Positions 10,081 to 21,435 of a DNA stretch of 57,506 nt are shown here, piece by piece (the first letter of the stretch is position 1; every line of letters starts with the position of its first letter). Source of the DNA: Tubiluchus corallicola (Eukaryota > Animalia > Priapulida); assembly GCA_030141605.1 (NCBI GenBank), contig JAQGDQ010002418.1:1-57506 (forward strand), given 5' to 3'. A model generated the notes under the pieces. That model saw only the letters and a program-made list of their open reading frames with translations. It was not told the origin of the DNA and searched no databases. Both the position numbers and the translations under genes were made by a program.

Positions 10081-11501
10081 CACTCTCTCCACATGATAGG
10101 TATCTCACTGAGGATTTTTTTAGCAATTTTCTTGCCATTCGGGACTTCAAGGTCATCAGGGACGTTTTGGCCATTGGTAAGGAGCAGTAGAGGAAGTTTT
10201 TTCTTTATCGGTATATTTATCAGTGGACCGAAATACCTGGTTTCATCCAGCTTTGTGAAGATTAAAGCCTGGGGGTTGAGTGGGCTATAGCTGTCAAAAC
10301 AGTCCCCAAGCTCCCTATGATTGCCCGCCATGGAGAGTACCAGAACGACGTTGATATCTGGGCTGACACTGAGAAAATTTTTCATATAGTCGAGCTGTTT
10401 TGAATCAAAATGGCTCCTACCCACAGAATCGATAAACACGTATTCATAATCTTCCGTCTTATTCAGCGTTTCCGACAACTCCTCGGGAGTTGAAGCCACA
10501 AATATCGGAATATCTACTATTTTGGCATAGGTGCGGAGCTGTTCCACGGCGCCTATTCGAAAGTTATCTATGGTTATGAGGCAAACGGTTTTGCCCTGTT
10601 TAATGGAGATCTCCGCCGCCATTTTGGCGATGGTGGTGGTCTTGCCAACCCCTGTTGGGCCGGCTAAAGCGATCACCTTCTTTCCTGACGTCTGTTCAAA
10701 ATAGTCTGCCTGTGTGGGTATGAGGTTCTCTATAGTTTCTGATATGAGATTTCTGGCGCTGCGTTTGGTTAAGTTGCCCTTCTCTTGCTTATCTATCTGC
10801 TTCAAAAACTGATACGCTATGATGTCCTCCACACCATTCTCTACCATAACGTGAAACTGCTCCTGTAGAGATGAAGACAGGCTCGATGCGTATATATCCG
10901 TCCGTTTTGACTGCAGTTCCGTCAGCTGTTCCTTTATGTTGCAGATATCTTCGAGCAGCTTCTCAAACCCTTCTACACCAAATTTATTTATGGTTTCTGC
11001 CGTATTGTCCACTCTTTTATCTTTCTTCTCGGTGTGTACTTCGTCAGGCTCAGGCGTCATATCCTCCGGGGTAAAATATTCCGGTTCTTCCATACTTTTT
11101 AGAGCATCATAGTTGTCCAGAGAATAGCTCGCATCGTTCTTTTCATAAGCTCTGTTGTAGAAGTTTTTGGTTTTTTGCTCCCGGTCTATCTTGAGCTTTG
11201 TGGGGGTTATATTGAGGCTTTTCTGAATTTGTCTGATGATCTCTTCATCCGATGGCGTATTTGTGCTGGCAATATTTGTTTCTGTGCTGCTCTTAACGTC
11301 CGCTTCAGTATTTGAAGGCGATTGTCCTTTTGTGGTATCTATCGCTGCTGTAACCTCGACAACTTGCTGGTTGAAGAGACCAAGCCCTTTGTTTTTGGTG
11401 GTTTTCTTTGTGGACAGGATTATTGCGTTGGGGCCGAGTTCATTCTTGACCATCTCAAGGGCGTCTCTGATGTTGTTGGCTTCATAATGTTTTATTATCA
11501 T
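10080..11501 (-). CDS. flhF: SRP-family flagellar GTPase FlhF
   Basis: GPTGVGKTTT, DSVG, TKLDE, GQNVPDD. Start taken at MIIKHYEA. Confidence 0.95.
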   Translation of the reverse strand: MIIKHYEANNIRDALEMVKNELGPNAIILSTKKTTKNKGLGLFNQQVVEVTAAIDTTKGQSPSNTEADVKSSTETNIASTNTPSDEEIIRQIQKSLNITPTKLKIDREQKTKNFYNRAYEKNDASYSLDNYDALKSMEEPEYFTPEDMTPEPDEVHTEKKDKRVDNTAETINKFGVEGFEKLLEDICNIKEQLTELQSKRTDIYASSLSSSLQEQFHVMVENGVEDIIAYQFLKQIDKQEKGNLTKRSARNLISETIENLIPTQADYFEQTSGKKVIALAGPTGVGKTTTIAKMAAEISIKQGKTVCLITIDNFRIGAVEQLRTYAKIVDIPIFVASTPEELSETLNKTEDYEYVFIDSVGRSHFDSKQLDYMKNFLSVSPDINVVLVLSMAGNHRELGDCFDSYSPLNPQALIFTKLDETRYFGPLINIPIKKKLPLLLLTNGQNVPDDLEVPNGKKIAKKILSEIPIMWRE

Positions 11502-11601
11502 CTTCTTAAGAACCGCTCCAAATATTCTATAAACTTCACCAGTAAAGCAGTATATCAACAGTACGTTCCATTGTATACTATTCAAAACATTTTTAACCGA
11601 T

Positions 11602-13704
11602 TTACGCCGTTACTTCAACCATCCCCATGGACTGTATCTTTACATTTTCACCTATCTCGTTGTGGGATATTATGTGTATGTTTGGTATAAACTTTGACAC
11701 AAATCGATGAGCAGCATACCTTATGGGCGGAGATATTACCAAGATAGGGGGCACTCCCCTTGTGGTGGCTTCTTCGGTTTTGTTTATTATGCCTGTTAGA
11801 ATCTTTTGGGCGACTGAAGGATCCATGATTACTTCTTTGCCGTCATCCGCTTGCTGCAAACTCTGGGCCATGAGTTGCTCGATATTGCCCGGAAGAGTGA
11901 ATACGTATACGGTGTCATCCGGCGGTGAGATAAGATTTTCCGTGATTTGCCTCCTCAGTGCATATCTGACCTTTTCCGTGAGATATTCTATGTCTTTATT
12001 GCTCATGCCGAAAGATGCCAGCGTTTCCAGAATTGTCTGAATATTTCTTATGGAGACCTGTTCCCTCAACAGGTTCTGCAATACCCTGTTTATTATACTG
12101 ACATCGAGAGTTCCAGGCACTAAGTCGCTGACAAGCTTCTCATGCTTTACCCTGACTCTGTCCAGGATGCCTTGGGTCTGTTCCCTGTCGAGAAGTTCCG
12201 CAGCATTTTTCCTTATAATCTCGGTCAGGTGCGTTGCGATGACGGTTGTGGGATCAACTATGGTAAGAGCCATGCTTTCCGCTTTGTCCCTCTCCCTGTC
12301 GTCAACCCACTTGGCATCCAATCCAAAAGCCGGTTCTTTTGTATCTATCCCCTGAACATCCTTGATATTTCCCCCCGGATCCATTACCAGATGTTTATCG
12401 ACATACACCGAGCCTGAAGCCACCTTTACCCCTTTGAGAAGCAGAGAGTAAGAGTTGGGATCAAGCTGGAGGTTATCCCTAATCCTGATGGGAGGAACGA
12501 TAATGCCCATCTCCACCGCCATCTGTTTTCTTATGGCTTTGATGCGGTTGAGAAGACTACCCCCTTTGCTGACGTCCACCAGAGGGATTACCCCAAATCC
12601 TATCTCAAGCTCCATGGTGTCCATCTCCATCAAATCGTTGAGCTCCTCATCCTCCGTGAGCTCCCTGGTCTCTTCTTTTTCCTCCTCACCTGCAGCATCT
12701 CCCTTCTTGTCATGCCTCATCATGACATACCCATACAACAGCAAGGGTGCAGCAGTTGCAAAAAATGGCAACTTAGGCATACCAGGTATAAGACCAAAAA
12801 AGAGCAAAATAGCCCCGCTCAACAGGGGCACCTTGAAGTTTGGGGTGAGTTGTCGCTGTACTTGGGAGTGTAGAGAGGAGTTGTCGCTTCCTCCAGCTCT
12901 TGTAACCACGATACCTGTGGCTGTGGAGATGATGAGAGCCGGTATCTGGGTGACTAAGCCATCGCCCACTGTGAGTATCGTATAGGTGCTCGCTGCGGTG
13001 CTCAGCTCCATGGAGTGTTGAGCCATCCCGAGGGCGAGACCGCCTAGGATGTTTATTGCAGTGATGATGAGACCTGCGATGGCGTCTCCCCGGACAAACT
13101 TGCTCGCTCCGTCCATGGCTCCATAAAAGTCGGCTTCTTTCCTTATCTTTTCCCGTCGTTCCTTTGCCTCAATCTCATTGATGATCCCTGCGTTGAGGTC
13201 GGCATCGATAGCCATCTGTTTGCCCGGCATGGCGTCAAGGGTGAAGCGCGCTGCAACTTCCGCCACTCGTCCTGCACCCTTGGTTATTACCATAAAGTTT
13301 ATGATGATAAGCACGCAAAATACGATTAAACCGACCGCATAGTTGCCGCTTACCACAAAGTTGCCAAATGAGGAGATTACATTCCCAGCAGCGCCAGGCC
13401 CTTCATAGCCGTGAAGAAGGATGCGCCTGGTCGTTGCAACATTCAAAGACAGCCGGAAGAGGGTGGCGATAAGGAGAATGAACGGAAGAATGGAAAACTC
13501 CAAAGGCTCTTCCGCGTAAAGGGAAACCATTATGATAACTATGGCAAAGGTGATGCTTGCAGTCAGAAGCATATCGAGGGCAGGTGCTGGAACGGGAAGA
13601 ATCATCACAACAAGGATCAGCATTATTCCCAAGGCTAAGAATACGTCTGTGTGCTTGAAAAAGTTTGTTAAACCGGAAATTATCCTTGTTTTTAAGTTTG
13701 CCAT
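11602..13704 (-). CDS. flhA: Flagellar export protein FlhA
   Basis: RVAEVAARFTLDAMPGKQMAIDADL signature, 700 aa. Confidence 0.98.
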   Translation of the reverse strand: MANLKTRIISGLTNFFKHTDVFLALGIMLILVVMILPVPAPALDMLLTASITFAIVIIMVSLYAEEPLEFSILPFILLIATLFRLSLNVATTRRILLHGYEGPGAAGNVISSFGNFVVSGNYAVGLIVFCVLIIINFMVITKGAGRVAEVAARFTLDAMPGKQMAIDADLNAGIINEIEAKERREKIRKEADFYGAMDGASKFVRGDAIAGLIITAINILGGLALGMAQHSMELSTAASTYTILTVGDGLVTQIPALIISTATGIVVTRAGGSDNSSLHSQVQRQLTPNFKVPLLSGAILLFFGLIPGMPKLPFFATAAPLLLYGYVMMRHDKKGDAAGEEEKEETRELTEDEELNDLMEMDTMELEIGFGVIPLVDVSKGGSLLNRIKAIRKQMAVEMGIIVPPIRIRDNLQLDPNSYSLLLKGVKVASGSVYVDKHLVMDPGGNIKDVQGIDTKEPAFGLDAKWVDDRERDKAESMALTIVDPTTVIATHLTEIIRKNAAELLDREQTQGILDRVRVKHEKLVSDLVPGTLDVSIINRVLQNLLREQVSIRNIQTILETLASFGMSNKDIEYLTEKVRYALRRQITENLISPPDDTVYVFTLPGNIEQLMAQSLQQADDGKEVIMDPSVAQKILTGIINKTEEATTRGVPPILVISPPIRYAAHRFVSKFIPNIHIISHNEIGENVKIQSMGMVEVTA

Positions 13705-13708
13705 TTAA

Positions 13709-14772
13709 TTATTGAACCGTTCTGTTCCTCTGTTTGTAGATATACGCAAGTATTGCCGCCACAGCTTTGTACAAATTTTCAGGTATTTTCCAATGTCAAC
13801 CGTTTTGAACAGCGCTTGAGCCGCGGCGGATCTTCAACTACCGGGATATTGTGCATTGTTGCGAGTTCATTTATCTTTAGAGCTAAGCTCTGCCCCTTTG
13901 CTGTGACCGCCGGAGCGCTGTTTATCTTTGGCGTCATACTTGATTGCAACGGCGTAATGTATGGGGTTTGTGACCACAACGTCACTATCTGGAATATCTT
14001 CCATCATCCTGTTTCTCGCCTGTTCCAGCTGGAGATTTCTGATCTTCTGCTTGATGAGAGGATCCCCCTCCATCTGCTTAAACTCCTCCTTGACCTCCTG
14101 CTTGGTCATCTTCAGATCTTCGTTGTGTTGCCACTTCTGATAGAGGAAGTCCAGAAGAGCTAAAACGAGTATGATTATCCCGACCTTTATGGATATTTCA
14201 AGGGCAAGGCTTGAGAAGAAGGTTATCGTATCAATGGGATCAGCATCCCCGAGCCTTAGGATTATCCCCACCTCTTTCTTTACTGTAAGAAATATTACGG
14301 TGCCCACGACGAATATCTTGAATAGCGATTTTGCAAGCTCCACGACGCTGCGTTTGGAGAATATCCTTTTAAATCCCTTGAGGGGGCTTATCTTTTCCAG
14401 TTTTGGCATGATCGCTTTTGGAGAATAAACGGGCCCTGTCTGAATGACATTCCCCATAATCGCCACAATAAAGAGTATGATGAAAACCGGGAATATCGTG
14501 ATGTAAAAAAACTTCAGCGTACCCTGCACCACGTGCAGAAGGCTATTCTGATTTAAGATGATATTCTGAAACTGATAAGTCTCTGTAAAATATTTGCCGA
14601 TGTTGCGCGCCATATAGGGCCCATAGCCGTATAGCGTCATTGCTCCGGCTAAAATGATGAAGGCAGAGCTCAGTTCTTTGCTCTTTGGGACGTTTCCTTC
14701 CTCTCTTGCTTTCTCTTTTCGTCGGTGGGTCGGTTGTTCCGACTTGTCCGCTCCGCTGTCATTTGCAGCCAT
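13709..14772 (-). pseudogene. flhB: Flagellar export protein FlhB, frameshifted in the C-terminal domain (possibly sequence error)
   Basis: N-part to NPIHYAVA in ORF 13867..14772; APAVTAKG...HNIPVVEDPP in ORF 13779..13985; IPENLYKAVAAILAYIY near the stop at 13709 after further shifts. Confidence 0.9.
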
Positions 14773-14847
14773 GCCATTTGCACCCTTTCAAAGATTTGTA
14801 AACACAAGACAGCCGCTTTGCTCGGCTGCAAGTATGTTAGCATAATT

Positions 14848-15639
14848 TTAGTTTGCCACGAGATACATGAAGTTTAACAGATGTATGAAGTATTGGGTTA
14901 CGAGCTTCTCAAATACCGTATAAAAATAGCTCAAAGATAACGCCAGCACGAGCATACCTATGCCTATCTGCAGTGGGAGGCCGACTATGAGCAGGTTGAT
15001 CTGAGGAACGAGCCTCCCCATCAGTCCCATGGTCAGATGTGTGCACAAAAGGCTTACGATCACAGGAGCAAGAATCTTAAGAGCTATTATGTACATCCCC
15101 GCAAACGTCTTCACAAGGAATAGAAATGAATTCGCCCCAAAGTCAAAAACCCCCAAAGGGAGTATGACAAACGATTCCGCAATTGCCCGTATTATGTACT
15201 GGGGCCCGCCGATCGAGATGAAGAGCAGTATCATCAGCACATTCATAAAGTGCCCTATGATTGTGACATGACCTTGAGTTGCAGGATCCACCATATTTGC
15301 CATCATCATGCCCATCTGAAGACCCACGAGTTGCGCCCCAAAAAGGATGCCCGTGAAGAGGATGTGAGTGAGAAGACCTGCAGATATCCCTATCAACACC
15401 TCTTTCAAGGTAATCAGTATGATGAGAAGGGCGTCCATCCCCTCGACATCAACGGGGGTTACTATCCAGTGAAGCAATGTCGCAATAAGCATGCTGAAAA
15501 AGATGCGATTGACCGGCTTGAAAGCCGGATTGCTGAAGAACGGCATGGTGGACAACATCGCCACTATCCTGATGAAACACAAAAAAAAGGTCGCCAGCCT
15601 GTTGGTGTCATACAAAAACTCAAACATTACAAGTTCCAT
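14848..15639 (-). CDS. fliR: Flagellar export protein FliR
   Basis: Polytopic membrane protein, GLQMG...VDP and RLVPQINLL motifs, upstream of flhB. Confidence 0.93.
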   Translation of the reverse strand: MELVMFEFLYDTNRLATFFLCFIRIVAMLSTMPFFSNPAFKPVNRIFFSMLIATLLHWIVTPVDVEGMDALLIILITLKEVLIGISAGLLTHILFTGILFGAQLVGLQMGMMMANMVDPATQGHVTIIGHFMNVLMILLFISIGGPQYIIRAIAESFVILPLGVFDFGANSFLFLVKTFAGMYIIALKILAPVIVSLLCTHLTMGLMGRLVPQINLLIVGLPLQIGIGMLVLALSLSYFYTVFEKLVTQYFIHLLNFMYLVAN

Positions 15640-15734
15640 GATAAATTCATTTATTGTATATTACAACGTAAAAAGGGGTGCATTCATGCTTGGCGCCTTC
15701 TGAATTATTTTTAAGTGTTTTTGGAAAAGCTGCG

Positions 15735-16661
15735 ATGTTTGACGTTACCGGCAAAATAGTTGAGACGAAAGTGATCACGATTGACAACGATGGGGAGAGG
15801 CTTGACGCATCTTTGCCGAAAGCTGTCGGTCTGAGCCGCAACGCCTTGTCTGTCCTCGTAGATGCGGGGCTTGTCAAGGTGAATGGTCGCGTTGTGAAAA
15901 AATCGAAAAAACTCAACAAAGATGACAAGGTGGAGATCATGATACCGGAGGAGAAGAGAGCAAGTCTGGCTCCTGTGGATATTCTGATCGAGAGCGTTTA
16001 TGAAATGGAGTACGTGGTGTTGAATAAGCCTCTGGTTCTGGTGGTTTAGTCTTCCGGTGAAACTGCGATAATACACTCGTCAACGCGATACTGCAAAGGT
16101 ATGATAGAGACCACAAAAGGGGATTTCCGCCCCGGAATAGTGCATAGGCTGGATAAGGATACGTCAGGTCTCATAATAGTCACGAAGGATATGGCAGCTA
16201 AGGAGAAGTTTTCCACCATCTTTTCAGAGAGAAAGATAGAAAAAAGATACATGTTTGTGGCAATGGGCAATCCGAATTACGATTTTAAACATATCGAGGG
16301 CTTAATATCAAGGAGCAGCAAAGATCGCAAAAAGATGGCTGTGAGCGCCATAGGCAGATACGCCTCCACAGAGATAACCGTCGTTGAGAGATTTCAGAAG
16401 TCCTTCCTGGGAGAAGCCAAGATAAATACCGGAAGAACGCACCAAATAAGAGCCCACATGAGCCATATAAACTGTCCAATAATAGGGGATAGTGTGTATG
16501 GAGGCAGGAATAGCCTGAAATATCGCATCGAGAGACAAGCGCTGCACGCATATTTTTTAGAGTTTGTGGATCCGTTCGAAGAGAAAAAGATCGTATTGGA
16601 TATCCCATTACCGGATGATATTCAAAATCTAGTCTCAAAATTGGAAAAGGATGGAGACTAA
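15735..16661 (+). pseudogene. rluD: RluA/RluD-family 23S rRNA pseudouridine synthase, disrupted near 16040-16100
   Basis: S4 domain (GERLD..LSR..VKVNG) in the first ORF; HRLDKDTSG, TGRTHQIRAH and RQALHA in 16101..16661; the linker is garbled. Confidence 0.85.
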
Positions 16662-16686
16662 ACATCATTGAGTGTCAAGTTGGAGC

Positions 16687-16715
16687 TTGACATCATTTTC
16701 CTTTATGTGTATTTT
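16687..16715 (+). promoter_or_regulatory. Putative sigma70 promoter of the nuo operon
   Basis: TTGACA-N17-TATTTT upstream of nuoA. Confidence 0.45.
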
Positions 16716-16766
16716 TGATGGTCAGTTTCAGTGACTGAAATATTGTAGTTTTGATGGAGTATCGCT

Positions 16767-17093
16767 TTGACAGGTTATTTGCCCATTATACTTATGTTGA
16801 TAATATCGACGCTTCTTGGAGTTGTCACAATTACATTTGGTTATATTTTGCGACCGAAGAAATATGACAAGGTAAAACACGGCTCCTATGAGTGTGGTAT
16901 CCCTGAGTTTTACGACGCTAGGCGGAAGTTTAATGTCAGATATTTTATAATAGCCCTTCTTTTTGTTATATTTGATGTGGAGACTATATTTTTGCTTCCT
17001 TGGGCTGTTCATTTTGACATGCTTGGTTTATTCGGATTGATAGAGGTTACTATATTTATTGTTATCCTCATAATCGGGTATATTTATGCCTAA
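16767..17093 (+). CDS. nuoA: NADH-quinone oxidoreductase subunit A (C-terminus looks prematurely stopped)
   Basis: SYECG and LLFVIFDVETIFLLPW. TAA falls where the usual WxKGxLxW tail begins. Confidence 0.92.
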   Translation: MTGYLPIILMLIISTLLGVVTITFGYILRPKKYDKVKHGSYECGIPEFYDARRKFNVRYFIIALLFVIFDVETIFLLPWAVHFDMLGLFGLIEVTIFIVILIIGYIYA

Positions 17094-17137
17094 ATAGGCG
17101 ATGTTAGATAAATAGATGGAAGCTCCCGAGATACGTA

Positions 17138-17578
17138 TTGACTACCACTGTTGATGGTGTATTTGGTTGGGCTCGCAGTTGGTCGTTGTGGCCGATTACG
17201 TTTGGGCTTGCGTGCTGTGCTATCGAGATGATGGCCTCAGGCGCATCCAGGTACGATCTGGACAGATTTGGGATTATCTTCAGAGCCACCCCAAGGCAGG
17301 CGGATCTGATGATAGTTGCAGGTACCGTCACCAGGAAGATGGCTCCCGTGGTGAAGCGGGTGTATGACCAGATGCCTGAGCCTAAGTGGGTCATTGCCAT
17401 GGGCAGTTGTGCTACAAGCGGCGGCATATATGACAACTACTCCACTGTGCAGGGTATTGATGAGATTATCCCTGTGGATTACTATATCCCCGGTTGCCCC
17501 CCAAAGCCTGAAGCCCTTATTGACGCTATTTATGCCCTGCGGGAGCAGGTTAAGAAAGAGAAACTGTTGCGCAGGTGA
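17138..17578 (+). CDS. nuoB: NADH-quinone oxidoreductase subunit B
   Basis: [22 protein letters not shown]. The likely ATG at 17116 is one base out of frame. Confidence 0.95.
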   Translation: MTTTVDGVFGWARSWSLWPITFGLACCAIEMMASGASRYDLDRFGIIFRATPRQADLMIVAGTVTRKMAPVVKRVYDQMPEPKWVIAMGSCATSGGIYDNYSTVQGIDEIIPVDYYIPGCPPKPEALIDAIYALREQVKKEKLLRR

Positions 17579-17587
17579 GTTTGAAAT

Positions 17588-18097
17588 ATGTTTGAAAAGA
17601 TAGTGACAACGCTAAAGGATGTGCACGGCGACAAGGTCGATAGCTATAGCAGCTTCGGCATAGATATCGTCGAGGTGCACCGATCGATATTAAAAGATTC
17701 CATCGCTCTTCTCAAGCGCGAGCTTGCGTTTGAATATTTGGTTGATATTGCAGCATCCCACTGGCCCAGTCGGGAGGAGAAGTTTGAGGTTATTTATAAT
17801 CTGTTTTCTGTTGAGAGCAAATCTCGAGTATTCGTCAAGGTGAAGCTTGAAACAGACAGTGTGGACAGTTTGACGGATCTTTACGGTATTGCAAACTTTC
17901 TCGAAAGGGAGCAGTACGATCTTGTCGGTGTTAACTTTACAGGTCATCCCGACCTTAGGCGGATACTTCTTCCTGACTTCTTTGAAGGGCACCCGTTGCA
18001 AAAAGAGTATGGCCTGAAGGATAGAAGCTGGTTTAACGACGTCGATGAGCAATCTTTGGGAATTACGTACAAAGATACCGGCAAGGAGAGTGGCTGA
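17588..18097 (+). CDS. nuoC: NADH-quinone oxidoreductase subunit C
   Basis: ERE.YDL.GV.F.GHPDLRRILL and GHPLQK motifs. Confidence 0.95.
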   Translation: MFEKIVTTLKDVHGDKVDSYSSFGIDIVEVHRSILKDSIALLKRELAFEYLVDIAASHWPSREEKFEVIYNLFSVESKSRVFVKVKLETDSVDSLTDLYGIANFLEREQYDLVGVNFTGHPDLRRILLPDFFEGHPLQKEYGLKDRSWFNDVDEQSLGITYKDTGKESG

Positions 18098-18099
18098 AG

Positions 18100-19284
18100 A
18101 TGGAAGAAAGAACTGATCATAAGAAGCTAGGAGAGGTCATCAGTATCAACATGGGACCTCAACACCCTTCGACTCACGGTGTTTTGCGTCTTGTCCTAGA
18201 CCTTGACGGCGAGACTATATCTAATATTCGCCCGGATGTGGGGTACCTCCATCGGGGTACTGAAAAGATGGCGGAAGATAGGACTTATCAACAGTTTTTG
18301 CCGTTGACCGACAGGCTCGATTACCTTGCCCCGTTGTCCAACAACTGGGGTTTTTGTCTGGCTGTGGAGAAGATGTTGCCGGATTTGACGATTCCCCTGA
18401 GAGCTGAATATCTTCGGGTTATCCTGGCAGAGTTGGCGCGGATTGCGTCACATCTCGTTTGGCTTGCAACCCACGCCCTCGATATTGGCGCCATGACCGT
18501 GTTTTTATACTGCTTTCGGGAAAGGGAGCTTGTGCTTGATATGTTTGAGGAGGTCAGCGGTCAGCGAATGACGTCTTCTTGGATATGCATAGGCGGAGTA
18601 AGGAAGGACATTACCCCAAAATTTACCACTATGCTCTACGAGTTTTTGGAGATATTTGAGAGCAGAGTTGACGAATATGAAAAACTACTTTCAAATAACA
18701 GAATATGGAAGGCTAGGACTATAAATGTCGGTAAGATGTCCAGAGAGGACGCCTTATCTTATGGGGGGAGTGGCCCTACCATGCGCGGCAGCGGTGTTGA
18801 CTTTGATCTTCGTCGTGACGAGCCTTACGGAATATATGAAAAATTTGAATTTGACATCCCCGTTTGTGACGATGGGGATATATATGCGCGATACATCGTT
18901 CGGATAGAGGAGATGAGACAGTCCGCCAGGATAGTTAAGCAAGCCATAGATGGCATTCCTGAAGGACGGGTCTTGGCTGGTGCTATCCCCGAGGGCGACA
19001 CCGATTACGTCGCACAAGATAGAAAAGCTCTTAGGACAATTATCGCAGGCAGGGGGATGAAACCTGCCGAGGGCGAGACATACGCATGTGTGGAGGCTCC
19101 CAAGGGAGAGCTCGGTTATTACATAATAAGCACGGGGGAGACGAAGCCTTACAGACTGAAGGTGAGAGGCCCGTCTTTTGTAAACCTTGCGTCGGTTCCG
19201 GTTATGTGCCAGGGGGAGATGCTCGCAGACCTTGTCGGGGTCATCGGGAGCGTTGACATTGTCCTTGGAGAGATCGACAAGTAG
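18100..19284 (+). CDS. nuoD: NADH-quinone oxidoreductase subunit D
   Basis: NMGPQHPSTHGVLRL, GYLHRG, DIVLGEID. Confidence 0.97.
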   Translation: MEERTDHKKLGEVISINMGPQHPSTHGVLRLVLDLDGETISNIRPDVGYLHRGTEKMAEDRTYQQFLPLTDRLDYLAPLSNNWGFCLAVEKMLPDLTIPLRAEYLRVILAELARIASHLVWLATHALDIGAMTVFLYCFRERELVLDMFEEVSGQRMTSSWICIGGVRKDITPKFTTMLYEFLEIFESRVDEYEKLLSNNRIWKARTINVGKMSREDALSYGGSGPTMRGSGVDFDLRRDEPYGIYEKFEFDIPVCDDGDIYARYIVRIEEMRQSARIVKQAIDGIPEGRVLAGAIPEGDTDYVAQDRKALRTIIAGRGMKPAEGETYACVEAPKGELGYYIISTGETKPYRLKVRGPSFVNLASVPVMCQGEMLADLVGVIGSVDIVLGEIDK

Positions 19285-19448
19285 ATTATTTTAAACCGTC
19301 TTTTTCCTAAATATTCATCGTTTTAGATGTTTTAGTGTTTTGGGGATGGTTTTGCGGTTGCTGTTGGCTTTTTTGGTATTATAGGCTTGATCTGTGCGGG
19401 CTTTTTGTGGCTTGTGCGCCTTATATTATTTTTTAGATTTTTGAGGAT

Positions 19449-20444
19449 ATGATGTTGTTAGACATTTTTATTACGCTCGTCAAGATAGGTGTCGTTGTGG
19501 GGGGGCTGCTCCTTGCCGTTGCCTACATGACGTACCTTGAGAGAAAGGTTATCGCCTTTATGCAAGTTAGGATAGGTGTCAATTACGCGGGCCCCTGGGG
19601 ACTGCTCCAGCCTATTGCCGACGGCTTGAAGCTGTTTACTAAAGAAGATATTATCCCCGACATGGTGGATAAACGGGTCTTCGTTTTAGCTCCTTTAATA
19701 TGCTTTATCCCCGCTGTTGCGGCTTTTGCCGTTATACCTTTTGGGGACAGCTTTACTATATTTGGCAAAGAGATCAGTCTCTACGTCACTGACATCAATA
19801 TCAGCCTTCTCTATGTGTTGGCTCTTGCTTCCGTGGGCGTTTATGGGCTTATCCTGTCCGGTTGGGCGTCTAACTCAAAATATTCGCAGCTTGGCAGCAT
19901 CAGAACTTCCGCCCAGATGGTCAGCTATGAAATAGCTATGGTGCTCTCCCTTCTCAGCCCCATACTGCTGGCTGGTTCCCTGAACTTGAGAGAGATAGTG
20001 CACGCCCAGCAAGATCTGGTCTGGTATGTCTTGGTTCAACCTGTGGCTTTCTTCATATTTTGCGTGTCGGCGGTAGCTGAGACGAACCGTTGCCCTTTTG
20101 ACCTGCCCGAAGCTGAGACAGAGCTCGTTGCGGGTTTTCATACCGAGTATTCGGGGATGAAATTTGCCCTGTTCTTCATGGCAGAATACGCCAATATGTT
20201 TTTGGTATCCTGCATATGTGTGCTCGTATTCTTAGGTGGGTGGTCTGGGCCGCTACTTCCTCCCGTACTCTGGTTCTTTATCAAGGTTTATGCGCTTATG
20301 TTTATGTTCCTTTGGATCAGGGCGACCTTTCCGCGCTTGAGATTTGACCAGTTGATGAGCTTTGGATGGAAGATATTAATCCCCTTAGGGTTTGCAAACA
20401 TACTAATAACTGCTTATGCGGCTTATTTCTTAAGGTTGGCTTAA
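19449..20444 (+). CDS. nuoH: NADH-quinone oxidoreductase subunit H
   Basis: GLLQPIADGLKL, AETNRCPFDLPEAETEL. Confidence 0.97.
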   Translation: MMLLDIFITLVKIGVVVGGLLLAVAYMTYLERKVIAFMQVRIGVNYAGPWGLLQPIADGLKLFTKEDIIPDMVDKRVFVLAPLICFIPAVAAFAVIPFGDSFTIFGKEISLYVTDINISLLYVLALASVGVYGLILSGWASNSKYSQLGSIRTSAQMVSYEIAMVLSLLSPILLAGSLNLREIVHAQQDLVWYVLVQPVAFFIFCVSAVAETNRCPFDLPEAETELVAGFHTEYSGMKFALFFMAEYANMFLVSCICVLVFLGGWSGPLLPPVLWFFIKVYALMFMFLWIRATFPRLRFDQLMSFGWKILIPLGFANILITAYAAYFLRLA

Positions 20445-20933
20445 ATGAAAAAACGAGTGACTAATAACAGAAACATCTTTGATACGATCTTCTTTACGGA
20501 ACTGCTCCAGGGTTTGGGCGTGACCTTAAGGCACTTTTTTAAGAAAAAGGTTACGGAGAAATACCCATACAAGCCCGCAGTTGTGCCCGAGAGGAGCAGG
20601 GGGATACATTACCTTGTCGAAAAAGAGGAAGGGGTTACCGCCTGTATCGGATGTATGATGTGCCAGAAACATTGCCCGTCTTCATGCTTCAACATCAAAG
20701 CGGAAAAGAATGAAGAGGGGAAAAGGGTCGTTACGACCTATGATGTCGATATAGAACGCTGCATATATTGCGGCTTTTGCGAGGATGTCTGCCCGGTTGA
20801 CGCTGTGATTCTGAGCACAGACTACAAAACCGTGAATTCTGATAGAAGTAAGTTTATCCTCAATATAGACGACTTGAGCCTGAGGTATAGACAGATTGTC
20901 AACCCCGCTAAAGAAGGAGATTCTAATGAATGA
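20445..20933 (+). CDS. nuoI: NADH-quinone oxidoreductase subunit I
   Basis: Two CxxCxxCxxxCP ferredoxin motifs. Confidence 0.96.
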   Translation: MKKRVTNNRNIFDTIFFTELLQGLGVTLRHFFKKKVTEKYPYKPAVVPERSRGIHYLVEKEEGVTACIGCMMCQKHCPSSCFNIKAEKNEEGKRVVTTYDVDIERCIYCGFCEDVCPVDAVILSTDYKTVNSDRSKFILNIDDLSLRYRQIVNPAKEGDSNE

Positions 20934-21435
20934 AATACTGATCCTTTTCGGTTTTTCCCTTTTTGCTTCCGTTTGCATAAGTTCCAGTCTTGGGGTGTTG
21001 TTTAGTACTAACCTTGTTCATAGCATCCTCTTTTTGCTTCTGTTCTTTCTTAGCGTTGCGGGGCTCTTTGTGCAGCTTAATGCGGAATATCTGGCGGCTG
21101 TGCTTCTGATCGTTTACGCTGGTGCTATTCTGGTGCTGTATCTATTTGCTGTTATGCTTCTTAACCCTAAAAGTGTTGGAGTGCAAAAGGTTACCAGACA
21201 TACGCTGTACGGCATTGGCAGTAGCTTCTTGCTGTTTTTTCTATTGTTGTTCATATTGCCGGAGCTGGGATTTATCGCGGCTGCTCCGGGGCTTGCTGAG
21301 ATGGGTATGGAGTTTGGCAGCGTTGCTGCATTTGCGGAAACGCTCTTCACTGTATATCTCGTTCCTTTTGAGATAGTCTCCATACTGTTGCTTGCCGCTA
21401 TGATTGGGGCCATTATATTGGCCCAAAAAGATTGA
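20926..21435 (+). CDS. nuoJ: NADH-quinone oxidoreductase subunit J
   Basis: VYAGAILVLYLF, PFEIVSILLL; ATG after an AGGAG RBS. Confidence 0.95.
   Translation: MNEILILFGFSLFASVCISSSLGVLFSTNLVHSILFLLLFFLSVAGLFVQLNAEYLAAVLLIVYAGAILVLYLFAVMLLNPKSVGVQKVTRHTLYGIGSSFLLFFLLLFILPELGFIAAAPGLAEMGMEFGSVAAFAETLFTVYLVPFEIVSILLLAAMIGAIILAQKD

Noticed and set aside
13964-13975. FlhB autocleavage motif NPIH instead of NPTH
   Set aside because: Asn-Pro and His are retained; this is a modest variant, not evidence of lost function.
19285-19448. Small membrane ORF or nuoEFG remnant in the nuoD-nuoH gap
   Set aside because: A hydrophobic-looking frame exists but has no good start or RBS and follows from the T/G-rich composition; no nuoEFG similarity is visible.
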